DNA of 33,190 nt from a virus (lineage: Duplodnaviria; Caudoviricetes), in the IMG/VR virus record IMGVR_UViG_3300042317_000338, positions 1 to 33,190 of that record; one strand, given 5' to 3'. Position numbers and translations under genes: made by a program. The notes beneath the pieces are model-generated. The model had not been told where the DNA came from and did no database searches. It saw only the letters and a list, made by a program, of their open reading frames with translations. Positions 1 through 10,675 of the stretch are shown piece after piece. How positions within the stretch are numbered: position 1 is the first letter of the stretch; each line of letters starts with the position of its first letter.

Positions 1-270
1 TGTGCAGGTGTGATTGAGGTGGCCCCCGGTAGAGCAGCGGCATGGGCGTATATTTCTCAGCACGTTGGGCGTAGAATGCGTGGTGTAACCCGTGCTGTGA
101 AAGCGTTTCTGGATATGTCACAGTTTCGCAGGATAGAGATGGATGTGGATTGCGAGTTCCCCCAGGCGCATCGGTGGGCAAGGATGCTCGGTTTTGAACT
201 GGAATGTGAGCGCCGTCGATCATTCACCCCTGATGGGCGAGATTGTGCGCTCTACGCTATGGTGAGGTGA
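1..270 (+). CDS. GNAT-like/internal virion protein A-like protein (5'-truncated)
   Basis: The frame is open from base 1 (TGT GCA GGT GTG...). The sequence 'RRIEMDVDCEFPQAHRWARMLGFELE' resembles GNAT-fold proteins that precede ejection proteins in podoviruses. Confidence 0.6.
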   Translation, partial: CAGVIEVAPGRAAAWAYISQHVGRRMRGVTRAVKAFLDMSQFRRIEMDVDCEFPQAHRWARMLGFELECERRRSFTPDGRDCALYAMVR

Positions 271-274
271 AGTT

Positions 275-826
275 ATGGCAGCAGCGGCAGCCTGGGTAGC
301 GTCAAACGCGGCAATGTTCCAAGCAATTGGAACTGCTGTATCTGTTGTTGGTGCGCTGAGTCAAGGTCAGCAAGCCAAGAGTGCGGCTGACTACAACGCA
401 GCAGTAGCTAACAACAATGCCATAGCAGCAAGACAGCAAGCGGATGCCAACGCTGCTGCCCAACAACGTAAGGCACGTTTGCAGATAGGCTCCATGCGTG
501 CAGGCTATGGTGCATCGGGTGTCAGTCTTGAAGGTTCTCCGCTAGATGTGCTGGAGCAGTCTGCATCTATGGCGGAACTTGATCGTCAAAATATCCTGTA
601 TGGTGGTGCACTCAAGGCGCAAGGGTATGAGGCAACTGCTGGTTTGGAACTGATGCGGGGAGATGCTGCGGTAACGGGCAGCTACTTTAACGCTGGTAGC
701 GCATTGCTGATGGGCGCTGCCAAGACTGGTGCATTCATGGGGTCAGACGCCGGAGTTACTGAGGCATCTGTCCGTGGGAATAACCCGGACGAATGGAATG
801 ATTGGGAAATGAGAAGGACAGGCTAA
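275..826 (+). CDS. internal virion (ejection) protein, T7 gp14-like position
   Basis: Ala/Gly/Gln-rich, hydrophobic N-terminus, 'RAGYGASGVSLEGSPLDVL' motif, first in the internal-protein cluster. Confidence 0.65.
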   Translation: MAAAAAWVASNAAMFQAIGTAVSVVGALSQGQQAKSAADYNAAVANNNAIAARQQADANAAAQQRKARLQIGSMRAGYGASGVSLEGSPLDVLEQSASMAELDRQNILYGGALKAQGYEATAGLELMRGDAAVTGSYFNAGSALLMGAAKTGAFMGSDAGVTEASVRGNNPDEWNDWEMRRTG

Positions 827-3444
827 TGGCACGAATCCGCGAATACACGCAGCAAACCTCCGTAAGCGGGGAAGTCGGTGGTCGTCGGGCATCTGCCGAG
901 GACTTCGGTTTCGGTCGTGAGATGCAGAACTTCGGTGAAACGATGGTCAGCGTTGGGAGCTACATCAAGCAGGAGCAGGAGCGCAAAGAGGTGGATGACG
1001 CGCAGATCAAGATGGCTGAAGCGCGGCAGACATGGACGCAGAACTACATGGAGCGCGAGAAGCAGATGGCTCCTGGTGACACCTCATTCGCCCCCACCAT
1101 CCGTACCGAGATGCAGGATTACTTCGGTCAGATGGCCGAAGGTTACACGACTCAAGCTGCTAAGAAATACGTCAAGATGCACGGCACCACGATGACTACG
1201 GGATTCTTCGCCCAAGGTCTGCAATACCAAAGTGCTATGGCAGGGCGCAAGGCTATTGAAGATGTTGGCAACCGCAAAGCAGCGGATGCAAATACGGTCT
1301 ATATGAACCCGCAGTTGTACGATATGGTGAAGGGTTCGTACCAGTTCGACAGTCAGAACAATGTCGGCACAGCATTCTCTATTTTGAAGAACGACCCGCG
1401 CAAAGAGACATTGGATCGGGATTACCTTGAGAACATCGCAAAGAACGCCGGTAAAGGTTGGTTGAAGAATCCTGCAAACCGTGGCTTCCTTGTCGGCAGC
1501 ATACAAGGTGGAGAGTCCGTCACATCGCAGAATACGTTTCAGTCAGTCATACCTTCCATTTTCAAACGTGAAGGGGGGTATGTTGCCGAGGATGGTAAGC
1601 GTGGTGCAACCAAGTTCGGAATCAATGGGCAAGCGAACGGACTCACCTCTGACCAAGTGAAGGGATTGACCGAGGATCAGGCGGCACAGATTTACAAGAA
1701 CAACTATTGGGATAAGTATGGACTGGACTCTGTTGCGCCTGCGGCTATCCCCGTTGTGTTCGATGGTGTTGTGAATCACCGTGCAGAGTTTGCTCAACAA
1801 CTGGTGAATGCTGCCAAAAATGGTGCGACACCAGAGCAATTAGCCGACATGCGGAAATCGGAATATACCCGCTTGATTCAGGCTGACCCTGCTGCATTTT
1901 CCAAGTATGAAAAATCTTGGATGAATCGGGTTGATGCTTCGCTTACCGAGGCCGGTACTGTCACGCAACAGCAGGAGCAACCGTTATCGGTTGATGAATC
2001 CAAACTGCCCGCGTGGTACGCGGATATGTCACCAGAAGCAAAAGACCAGTTCTTGCGTGAAGCGATGACCATTCATCGTCAGGAACGCGCTGTTGCAGAT
2101 CAGGCATTGGCGCGTACCGTCAAGGATCACGAAGCAGAGTTGGCTATGTATGGTGGCAAACTCAAAAGCCCTATGCTTCCTGAAGCAGCTTTCGGTGGTG
2201 ATAGACTAAAGTGGCAGGCGTACAACTCAATGGTCAAGGCTGGCGAGGAAGTACAGAACATCGCCAATGCTCCAGAGGGTATGCAGGCAGCAATGTTGAA
2301 AAAGCTGGAGCCGCAGCAATCCGAGGTGCCGGGGGTGTTCAGCTATCAGCATGAGTTGTACCGCAATGCTGTGAAACTGCTAGACCAGTCAAACAAACTT
2401 CGCCGCGAAGACCCCATATCTTTCGCCACGAGTACAGGTTTCTCTAACGACAATCCGATCCAGCCGATTCAAACCGCTGACCCGCAGAAATTGTCCGAGT
2501 CTCTGATTGTCCGCGATCCGCAAGCTACAGCGATTGCCAAGTCCTACAATCAAGAGTACAAGTTACTTACAAAGGGTGAAGCAGGCTTCCTGCGTCAGTC
2601 TTTCGACCAAATGGATACTCGTCAGCAGGCCGAGTGGATCGGTACTGTGCGGGGTGCATTGCCGCCCGAGAAGTTCCGCGCCATGATTAACCAGATGGCG
2701 AACGGTGACAAGGCGCTGATGGCAGCAGGCATCGTCGCCTCCAGTCAGTATGGTGGTGACACCCGCGACATGGATGCAGAGAACATCATCGTCGGGCGAA
2801 ACGCGATGACCCGTCACCTCAAGGGTGGTGGCAACGAGCAGGAGCGTGGATTCAAGGCCGCAGGGCTACCGAATGCGGGAGATGCCTACCGACTGACAGC
2901 GAAGCAGATGGAAGGTCTGCTTGGCGTACCAGAAGCGCAAAAGGAAGCAATGGTCGAGGCAGCAATGGCGCACTACATCGGCGCGTCAATTCGTAAGAAT
3001 AGTTTTGCTGTAATGGACTTGTCGGGACCGGATAGCACGGCCAACCAAATTGAATTCAAAAAGTCTGTTGAGGCGATCCTACCCGTATCAAAGATCGGCG
3101 CGTACTCTATCCTGCGTCCCTACGGGATGCCAGACGATCAGTTCCAAGAACGTATGGACATGACCGTTCGTACCAAGTTTGGCAAGGAGCGCGGCACCTA
3201 CTCGGTGATGATGACTGGTGGTAAGTACCAGTTGGTGTTAGGAGGTGTGGCAACTGGCGAACCGTTCGACCTTCAGAGTTATGGTGCCTACTCTAATGAG
3301 GGGCGAGGTATTCCGAAACCCTATGAGCAAATGAGTTTTGAAGAGAAGGCGGCAAGTAAGGGCGGTGGCTTCTATACCCAAGCGAACAAAGACCTCGGGA
3401 AGATGTTTTCGATGAATTGGCAAGGGGTGGTAAATCAGCAATGA
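826..3444 (+). CDS. large internal virion protein with embedded GH108-type muramidase domain
   Basis: Start at ATG 826 overlaps the upstream TAA (TAATG). The internal segment 'KREGGYVAEDGKRGATKFGI...LTEDQAAQIYKNNYW...FDGVVN...WMNR' matches GH108 motifs. Confidence 0.75.
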   Translation: MARIREYTQQTSVSGEVGGRRASAEDFGFGREMQNFGETMVSVGSYIKQEQERKEVDDAQIKMAEARQTWTQNYMEREKQMAPGDTSFAPTIRTEMQDYFGQMAEGYTTQAAKKYVKMHGTTMTTGFFAQGLQYQSAMAGRKAIEDVGNRKAADANTVYMNPQLYDMVKGSYQFDSQNNVGTAFSILKNDPRKETLDRDYLENIAKNAGKGWLKNPANRGFLVGSIQGGESVTSQNTFQSVIPSIFKREGGYVAEDGKRGATKFGINGQANGLTSDQVKGLTEDQAAQIYKNNYWDKYGLDSVAPAAIPVVFDGVVNHRAEFAQQLVNAAKNGATPEQLADMRKSEYTRLIQADPAAFSKYEKSWMNRVDASLTEAGTVTQQQEQPLSVDESKLPAWYADMSPEAKDQFLREAMTIHRQERAVADQALARTVKDHEAELAMYGGKLKSPMLPEAAFGGDRLKWQAYNSMVKAGEEVQNIANAPEGMQAAMLKKLEPQQSEVPGVFSYQHELYRNAVKLLDQSNKLRREDPISFATSTGFSNDNPIQPIQTADPQKLSESLIVRDPQATAIAKSYNQEYKLLTKGEAGFLRQSFDQMDTRQQAEWIGTVRGALPPEKFRAMINQMANGDKALMAAGIVASSQYGGDTRDMDAENIIVGRNAMTRHLKGGGNEQERGFKAAGLPNAGDAYRLTAKQMEGLLGVPEAQKEAMVEAAMAHYIGASIRKNSFAVMDLSGPDSTANQIEFKKSVEAILPVSKIGAYSILRPYGMPDDQFQERMDMTVRTKFGKERGTYSVMMTGGKYQLVLGGVATGEPFDLQSYGAYSNEGRGIPKPYEQMSFEEKAASKGGGFYTQANKDLGKMFSMNWQGVVNQQ

Positions 3445-4766
3445 TTGAACTCGGAGAACTCTACGCCAAGGAAGCCGCACAGATCGCGCCTATTGTCCCG
3501 ATGCTTGACGAGCAGCCGGGAGTGTTATCGGGTGCGATGACTGCTCCGGTCATCGGCGTCAAGCATGGTCTTGATGTAGCCGCGAGTGCGGCAGCAGAGT
3601 CCTTCACGCCGATCCTCAAGGAGATCACCCCCGACTCGATGGCATCGTGGTGGGATGAGCAGCGTCGGCTTGCTGCTCAGTCGATGAAGGACACCCGTAC
3701 TGACCCGCGCACAGTTGGCGTAGTGGGGCAGATCGGCCATGCTCTCGGCTCTGTCTTGACAATGGGGACAATGGGTGGTCTAGCAGCCGGCCCTGCTGGT
3801 GCGGTAGCTGCAATCGGCGGTCTGTCAGGGTTCGACAAGTACAAGGAACTCATTGACCAAGGTGTTGATGAAACCACTGCCGCAAAGGTTGCTGGAGTCA
3901 CGGGGGTAGTAATGGGCGCGGGGGCTGCGCTTCCGCCGTTCATTGGTGGTACGCTCGCCAAGCAAATCGCATCGGGTGTTGGTATCAACGTCGGTCTTGG
4001 TATCGCTGAACGCGGCGGGTCAGGTGCAATCCTTGAGGACAAGTATCCTGAGATTGCACAACACTACAAGACGCTTGATGGTACTGCGATGGCAATTGAC
4101 GCAGTTCTCGGCGCAGCATTCCCCCTTGGTGCTCGGGCCTTGCGTGCTTACGGTAAGCCGAATGTTGCTCAGGTGGATGATGCGCTAGATGCAAACCGCG
4201 TTGTCGTAGAACAGACCCGTGATCCGGCGTTACAGGCCACGCTGGATGGCATTGACCGGCAGCGTATGGTGGCTGATGATGTGAGCCAGCAAATCATGGA
4301 AGGTCGCCCACTTAGCGACATCGAGGTGCCAGCGGGGGTGATGGACGACACCGTACCCAATGAACAGATCGGTGTAATCACTGCTCAAGCTGCCCGTGCC
4401 ATTGATGATCTGATGGTGCAGGAAGGTGGTACAGGGTTGCGTAACGTGGAGTCCGACATCGCCACAATTGCGGCTGCATTCAAGGCGGCGGATGATGCAG
4501 TGACTCCTGCACCGAAACCATTGGAAGATGGTGCAGCGCTCAAGGCTCCCCCTCCCGATGCCGAAGTTTCACCGGACCAATTCACCCGCAACGACGCAAT
4601 GGCAATCGTCGAGGCTGACCCGAACCTAAAAGTGGCTGGCGAAGATGGCACCCCTGTTGATGCCCGTCAGATACTGGACGATGCTGAAGTAAAATACCAA
4701 CAGGAGAAGCGTGAAGCATCTCTGTTCAAAGTGGCAGTTGCTTGTGCGATTGGAGTTGGTGAATGA
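3441..4766 (+). CDS. internal virion protein (Gly/Ala-rich, membrane-like helices)
   Basis: ATGA overlaps on both sides; glycine-zipper-like hydrophobic stretches; position in the ejection-protein cluster. Confidence 0.6.
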   Translation: MIELGELYAKEAAQIAPIVPMLDEQPGVLSGAMTAPVIGVKHGLDVAASAAAESFTPILKEITPDSMASWWDEQRRLAAQSMKDTRTDPRTVGVVGQIGHALGSVLTMGTMGGLAAGPAGAVAAIGGLSGFDKYKELIDQGVDETTAAKVAGVTGVVMGAGAALPPFIGGTLAKQIASGVGINVGLGIAERGGSGAILEDKYPEIAQHYKTLDGTAMAIDAVLGAAFPLGARALRAYGKPNVAQVDDALDANRVVVEQTRDPALQATLDGIDRQRMVADDVSQQIMEGRPLSDIEVPAGVMDDTVPNEQIGVITAQAARAIDDLMVQEGGTGLRNVESDIATIAAAFKAADDAVTPAPKPLEDGAALKAPPPDAEVSPDQFTRNDAMAIVEADPNLKVAGEDGTPVDARQILDDAEVKYQQEKREASLFKVAVACAIGVGE

Positions 4767-7291
4767 GAGCAGAATGCGTCAAAGCAGTCCAGATGGCGGC
4801 ACAGCAGATCGGAAAGACGCTGACTGCTGCTGAACTTCGTGGTATTGAAGGTAAGATTTACGAAGCCAGAAAGCAACTTGCCAAGGCTGATCTGAACGCT
4901 TATCGACAGATGACCATTGATGAGCAGCTAACCAAAGCCGGTGAGATGGTGGTCAATGATGCCGTTCATGCTGCCATCAAGAAACGCCAACGTGCAGAAC
5001 TCACAGTAATTGCCAGCGCCAAGAAGCAAGCCGCACTCGATGCGATGACCGCGTCTGGTCTTGATCCGATGGAAGCCCTGCGTCGCTACACCATGCACGT
5101 TGCCGATGGGCGTGGTGGGGTGCAGAGCATGGAGTCATACGCCAACGGGATTGCCCACACCTACCTTGGCAAGATTCAGTCGTTCTTTCAATTGATGGAA
5201 GAGTCCTCGTTTGCCGGTATCCAGACTAGCGCGAAGAACTCGATGGACTATGTGAAGGAGTCCTTTGGTATTGATAGTGGCAACCCATTGGCTAAGAAGG
5301 CGTGGCAAGAAGTGGATTCTGCCCGTAAGCAGATGATCGACCACTTCAACCGTAAAGGCGGTGACATTGCTCCCCTTGCTAACTATCGTAACCCGCAGGC
5401 AATGGACGCCTACAAGGTGTCACGGGCGGGGGGCAAACAGGGTGAGGTGTTCGTCCATGACATGATGCAGTGGGTAGATCGCAGCGAGTACATAAACACT
5501 GATGGTACTCCGATGTCGGATGACCAATTGAAGAAGTTTCTTCAGGAAGCCTTTGTCACTCTCAAGACTGATGGTGCGAACAAGCCGCCAGGTGAAGGTG
5601 GTGGCGCGTCCTCGGTTGCCAACAGGATGAAGGCGCATCGCCAGATTCATTACAAGTCCCCCGAGGCATACATGGCGTCGATGGAGAAGTATGGTGGCGG
5701 TAATCTCGACGATCAGATTCGTGGCAGTTTTGAATCAATGGCGGGTGACATTGCGCTAGTTGAGAAGTTTGGCCCCAACGCGATCCATGAATTCAACAAA
5801 TCATATTCCGCAGCGGTGACCGCTACTGCGGGTAAGACTGACCGCATTCTGGAAGACGCATTCAAAAACATCAGTGGTCAGAAATCCACCAAGAGCGTTG
5901 CAGTTGCACATTGGTTTGGTGAGGCACGGGCAGCGATGGTTGCTTCCCGCCTCGGTTCCATGTTGCTCTCTCAGATGGCTGACGCTGGCACAGCTATGGC
6001 CGTTACGCGCTCGTTGAACATACCCACCTCGGAACTACTGGAGTGGGTTGGTCGTATGGGATCAGACGCTGATGCTCGTGAGATGGCAAGGCTGCATGGC
6101 CTTGGACTGGAGTCAGCGCTGAACAGCATCTCCCGTTTCGCTGCTGATGCTTCGACCACGGGGTTCTTTGGGAAGGCTGCATCGGCTATCCCGACCATCC
6201 AAGGGGCGAACCTCTGGACGAAGATATGGCGGCAAGGGTTTGGTGTCATGTTGGAAGCTAAACTCGGAGACATGACTGCCAAGTATGCTGACTGGTCTGC
6301 TCTCCCCGCTGCTGACCGTGCCGTGTTTGAATCGCTCGGCATCAACGATAAGGACTTCGCTATCTGGAAACTGGCAAAGCCTACTGAGTTCAAAGGCAGC
6401 AAGATTCTTGGGCCTGATGCGATCGAGGGGATTCCTACCAGTGAGATACGCAATCTGATGGGGCTTCGTACTCTGAAAGATGCCGAGATCGCTCGTCAGG
6501 AAGCCGCGCTTAAACTTGTCACCTTCACGGTGGAGCAGTCGCATCAGGCGGTACTACAACCGGGTGCGCTGAGTCAGGCTACCCTTACAGGTAGCACTTC
6601 CCGTGGTGACATCATGGGGGAAATCGGAAAGACCCTCACGCAATTCAAGTCCTTCCCGATGGCATTCACTCGGCAGATGCTGATCGAACGTGCCAACTTT
6701 GCTGCTGCCGGTGGCAACCCGTGGGTGTTCCGCGCCAAGTTGCTCGGGGTCACTTCAATCCTTGGTGGCATGTCGCTTGTACTAGGGGACATCGCCAGCG
6801 GCAAAGACCCTCGTAAAATATGGGACTCCAACGATCCGAAAGTCGCTATGGATTTTGGTTGGAAAGCAATGGCAAAGGGTGGTGGTCTAGGTTTCTTCGG
6901 CGATGTAGCGGATGCTTTCAGGGGCGGCGCTGAGAACCCTTTACGTCAAGGGACCAGTCTGCTCGGTCCTGTTGGTGGGTACGTTGCAGGATCGGTATTC
7001 CCTGCCGTTGGCACTGGCGTTGCTGCTCTTGCCACTCAGGATGAGAAGCACATCAAAGAGTTCAACAAGTACGCTTATGAGTCAGTCAAAGGGATCATAC
7101 CTGGACAGAACCTATGGTTCATCAAAGGATTCCTGCACAACGTATTACTTGATGACCTTCAGGAAATGGCAAGTCCGGGGTACAAAGATCGCGCCAAGCA
7201 GCGGGCGATGAAAAACTACGGACAAGACTACTGGATGGGCATGGGGGACGAGACTCGTACTCCGAATTTTGGTAACATAGTGGCACAGTAA
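4763..7291 (+). CDS. large internal virion (DNA ejection) protein
   Basis: 842 aa, probably helical, with 'QFKSFP', 'GGGLGFFGD' and 'IPGQNLW' motifs typical of the last ejection protein of podoviruses; directly precedes the tail fibre. Confidence 0.7.
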   Translation: MRAECVKAVQMAAQQIGKTLTAAELRGIEGKIYEARKQLAKADLNAYRQMTIDEQLTKAGEMVVNDAVHAAIKKRQRAELTVIASAKKQAALDAMTASGLDPMEALRRYTMHVADGRGGVQSMESYANGIAHTYLGKIQSFFQLMEESSFAGIQTSAKNSMDYVKESFGIDSGNPLAKKAWQEVDSARKQMIDHFNRKGGDIAPLANYRNPQAMDAYKVSRAGGKQGEVFVHDMMQWVDRSEYINTDGTPMSDDQLKKFLQEAFVTLKTDGANKPPGEGGGASSVANRMKAHRQIHYKSPEAYMASMEKYGGGNLDDQIRGSFESMAGDIALVEKFGPNAIHEFNKSYSAAVTATAGKTDRILEDAFKNISGQKSTKSVAVAHWFGEARAAMVASRLGSMLLSQMADAGTAMAVTRSLNIPTSELLEWVGRMGSDADAREMARLHGLGLESALNSISRFAADASTTGFFGKAASAIPTIQGANLWTKIWRQGFGVMLEAKLGDMTAKYADWSALPAADRAVFESLGINDKDFAIWKLAKPTEFKGSKILGPDAIEGIPTSEIRNLMGLRTLKDAEIARQEAALKLVTFTVEQSHQAVLQPGALSQATLTGSTSRGDIMGEIGKTLTQFKSFPMAFTRQMLIERANFAAAGGNPWVFRAKLLGVTSILGGMSLVLGDIASGKDPRKIWDSNDPKVAMDFGWKAMAKGGGLGFFGDVADAFRGGAENPLRQGTSLLGPVGGYVAGSVFPAVGTGVAALATQDEKHIKEFNKYAYESVKGIIPGQNLWFIKGFLHNVLLDDLQEMASPGYKDRAKQRAMKNYGQDYWMGMGDETRTPNFGNIVAQ

Positions 7292-7302
7292 AGGAGTCAG
7301 AG

Positions 7303-8385
7303 ATGACCGTATCCAGCACAACTTCTCGCAACGAGTATAACGGTAACGGTTCGACTGATACCTTTGCCTACACGTTCCGCATTCTCGATCAGGATCACAT
7401 CGCAGTCTATGTCGATGATGTCCTGCAAACCATCACCACTGGCTACACGGTCACCGATGTCGGCGTGTCAGGGGGTGGTGACATCATATTCACCACTGCG
7501 CCGGCTACGGGCACAGCGAATGTCATCTTCCTACGGGCAGTCCCGCTGACGCAGGAAACCGACTATGTTGAGAACGATCCGTTCCCCGCCGAGTCCCATG
7601 AGGATGCGCTTGATAAGCTGACCATGATTGTTCAGCAGCAGCAGGAGCAGTTGGATCGGACTATTGTTCTACCTCCGACATCCACTGTTTCCGATCTGAC
7701 GTTACCTATCCCGAGTGCAGGTAAGGCACTTCTATGGAATGCAACCGAAGACGCGCTGGAGAACTCGACAGACGACTTCAACCTGATCGTCACCAGCGCA
7801 ACCACGCAAGCAAACGCTGCTGCGGTAAGTGCATCCACAGCCGCCACGCAAGCCGGCATCGCCACCACGGAAGCAGGGCTGGCAGAAGCAGCGCGACTGG
7901 CTGCTGAAGCGGCTGCTGCCACCATCCCTGCGTATGGACCCCTGACTGGCGAAGCGCTCAACTATGTGCGACTGAATGCAGCCGAGGATACGATGGAGTT
8001 CCGCACTCCGGCTGAAGTCCTGAGTGACATTGGGGCTGAACCTGCGGATGCACAGATAGCCAAAACAGACGTAGCCCAAACCTTCACTCTGCCGCAACGA
8101 GGCACAGTCACCACGGACAATGACCTCTCTTTCGACCTCTCCGCCACCAACAACTTCACTTGCACTCCCACTGCTGGCGGCACCCTCACTTTCACCAACA
8201 TCGCTGCTGGTCAGAGTGGATTCATCAAGCTGGTGAATGGCTCCAACTACGCCATCACTGCTGCGGCTACAACGAAAGTAACGACCACTTTCCTTGCCAC
8301 CATTTCAGCCACTGGCACCTACATCATCAGCTATTTCAGTGATGGTACGAACGTCTATTGCGCTACCGCAGGGAGTATGGCATGA
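7303..8385 (+). CDS. tail fibre protein, proximal part (T7 gp17-like N-terminal anchor)
   Basis: AAGGAG RBS; N-terminus 'YNGNGSTDTFAYTFRI...EDALDKLTMIVQQ' is a podovirus tail-attachment domain, followed by an Ala-rich coil and a beta-rich C-terminal domain. Confidence 0.8.
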   Translation: MTVSSTTSRNEYNGNGSTDTFAYTFRILDQDHIAVYVDDVLQTITTGYTVTDVGVSGGGDIIFTTAPATGTANVIFLRAVPLTQETDYVENDPFPAESHEDALDKLTMIVQQQQEQLDRTIVLPPTSTVSDLTLPIPSAGKALLWNATEDALENSTDDFNLIVTSATTQANAAAVSASTAATQAGIATTEAGLAEAARLAAEAAAATIPAYGPLTGEALNYVRLNAAEDTMEFRTPAEVLSDIGAEPADAQIAKTDVAQTFTLPQRGTVTTDNDLSFDLSATNNFTCTPTAGGTLTFTNIAAGQSGFIKLVNGSNYAITAAATTKVTTTFLATISATGTYIISYFSDGTNVYCATAGSMA

Positions 8386-10652
8386 CGATGCTTCAGCATG
8401 GCATGGTGGGTAGCGCTGGCGGCTACCAGATAGACAACTCGCTGCGGTTTCGGGCGAGTGCGAGCGCTTATTTGAGTAGGACGTTTGGTGCGCCCACCAC
8501 GCAAAACACATTCACGCTATCAACGTGGGTTAAGCGCGGTGCGCTTGGCTCACATCAGCCATTATTTTCTGTAGAGGCGGCTACTGACTCCGCGTTTAGT
8601 TTAGGCAACATAACCGCTGACAGATTGGAACTTCAGCTGAATGATGTTCAGGTATCGTTACCAGCGTCTATTCTTCTACGAGACACGTCCGCTCACTACC
8701 ATCTTGTATATAGCCAGAATGGGACAGCAGTAAAACTGTATTTGAACGGTGCTGAAGTAATCTCAACCACAGGGACAAATACACAGTTCAACGTAAGCGG
8801 TAATGTCCATAAAATAGGGGCGCGTAGAACTTCATACCTTGACGGCCTCGCTACAGAAATCCGCTTCATCGACGGTCAAGCACTCGATCCATCCTACTTC
8901 GGCGAACTCAACACCGACGGTGTATGGGTTCCCAAAGCCTACACCGGCACTTACGGCAACAACGGTTTCTACCTGCCGTTCGATGATGCCACCTCGCTGA
9001 CCACTCTCGGTTACGACCGCAGCGGCAACGGCAACAACTGGACTTGCAACAACATCTCGCTTACCTCTGGTGTGACGTATGACCACATGGTTGATACGCC
9101 GACGAATAACTATGTGGTGTTGAATGCCATATCAACAGGCCGCACTCTTTCTTCTGCGAACCTTGACTACGCGGGCGCTGCAAGTGGGATCGTAAAGGGA
9201 ACTATTGGAGTAAGTAGTGGCAAGTGGTATTGGGAATGCCATGCGGCCACCGGAAGTCCAAGTCCCTCTGCGTTTGGTCTTTGCGCAATCGACTTGGCTC
9301 CGACGACTTCTTATGTTGGCGCAACCTCTAATTCTTGGTGTTATGCAGGGTCCGCAATCAAATACAACAATGGATCAGGTGTCGCGTATGGAGCAACTTA
9401 CGCAACCGGCGACGTTATAGGCATTGCTTTTGACGCCGATTTTGGCTCTCTTGAGTTTTTCAAAAATGGCGTTAGTCAAGGGGTTGCTTACACTGGAATA
9501 ACAGGTTCAACCTACACCGCTGCCGCTGGTAACAATACAGTCAATGATGCGGGAAAACTCAACTTCGGCCAACGCCCCTTCGCCTACACACCTCCCACAG
9601 GATTCAAAGCACTATGCGCCAGCAACGGCGCAGCAGTAGCAATCACCAATCCGCAAGAGCATCACAACGTCTATACCGTCACGAAGTCTGGCAACACCAA
9701 CTTCACGCTGGATTGGGATGCTTCGGTTTATGACACCTACTTTGAAATCAAGCGGCGCGATGCGAGCGGTGATTGGTACAACGTCGATGGTCTGCGTGGA
9801 TACGACAAGATTCTCAAGTCGAACAGCACTGCTGCTGAAACTACGGATGCCAACGTAATCGGAGTCAGCGGAACAACCATCACGCTGAAATCCACGCTTG
9901 CTGATGGCACCTATGTCATCAGTGCTTGGAAAGCTGGCCTCACTGCATCACGGCAGACCAATACCGATGGCACGATTACGAGTACGGTGAGCCGAAATGT
10001 GACGAGTGGGTTTGCGATTGTGCTTTATTCAGGTACTGCCGCTAACGCTACGGTGGGGCATGGGTTGGGTAAGGTTGCAGCAGAAATGGTTGTTAAAAAT
10101 CGTGGGGCGTCAGCTACCTCGTGGGCCATTTATCACATAGACCTTGGCGCGACGAAATGGATTCCGTTCGATACAAACGCCGCGCTGACTGCATCAACTG
10201 TATGGAATAACACATCCCCAACGTCCAGCGTGTTCAGCATCGGCACAGCATCTAACACAGGTACGGCATCAACTTTCGTAGCCTACGTCCATGCCGCCAT
10301 CCCCGGCTATTCGGCTTTTGGGGCATACAGTGGCAATGGTTCGGCTGACGGCCCTAATCCGTATCTTGGATTCAAGGCTCGGTGGTTTAGGGCTAAGTTG
10401 TACGATCAAGCCGGTGGCAATTGGGTGGTGCTAGACACTGCGCGTGACCCATACAACCCTGCTGGTAAAGGTGTGTATGCAAACGTAACCAATGCCGAGG
10501 CAACAACGCTGTATACGGACATTGATGCGGGGTCAGTTAAGTTGCGACACGACTCCACAAACATGAATACCAGTGGCTACAACTACCTATACAGCGCCTA
10601 CGCATCCTCCCCGTTCGGCGGCGAGAACGTAGCCCCGGCAACTGCACGCTGA
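8382..10652 (+). CDS. distal tail fibre/receptor-binding protein with LamG (ConA-like) and SPRY-like domains
   Basis: ATGA overlap at 8382; LamG-like 'FTLSTWVKR...YHLVY...VKLYLNG' and SPRY-like 'SGKWYWE...GDVIGIAFDAD.GSLEFFKNGVSQG...NFGQ'. Confidence 0.75.
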   Translation: MTMLQHGMVGSAGGYQIDNSLRFRASASAYLSRTFGAPTTQNTFTLSTWVKRGALGSHQPLFSVEAATDSAFSLGNITADRLELQLNDVQVSLPASILLRDTSAHYHLVYSQNGTAVKLYLNGAEVISTTGTNTQFNVSGNVHKIGARRTSYLDGLATEIRFIDGQALDPSYFGELNTDGVWVPKAYTGTYGNNGFYLPFDDATSLTTLGYDRSGNGNNWTCNNISLTSGVTYDHMVDTPTNNYVVLNAISTGRTLSSANLDYAGAASGIVKGTIGVSSGKWYWECHAATGSPSPSAFGLCAIDLAPTTSYVGATSNSWCYAGSAIKYNNGSGVAYGATYATGDVIGIAFDADFGSLEFFKNGVSQGVAYTGITGSTYTAAAGNNTVNDAGKLNFGQRPFAYTPPTGFKALCASNGAAVAITNPQEHHNVYTVTKSGNTNFTLDWDASVYDTYFEIKRRDASGDWYNVDGLRGYDKILKSNSTAAETTDANVIGVSGTTITLKSTLADGTYVISAWKAGLTASRQTNTDGTITSTVSRNVTSGFAIVLYSGTAANATVGHGLGKVAAEMVVKNRGASATSWAIYHIDLGATKWIPFDTNAALTASTVWNNTSPTSSVFSIGTASNTGTASTFVAYVHAAIPGYSAFGAYSGNGSADGPNPYLGFKARWFRAKLYDQAGGNWVVLDTARDPYNPAGKGVYANVTNAEATTLYTDIDAGSVKLRHDSTNMNTSGYNYLYSAYASSPFGGENVAPATAR

Positions 10653-10675
10653 AACCAATTCAAGGAGAAACAATA

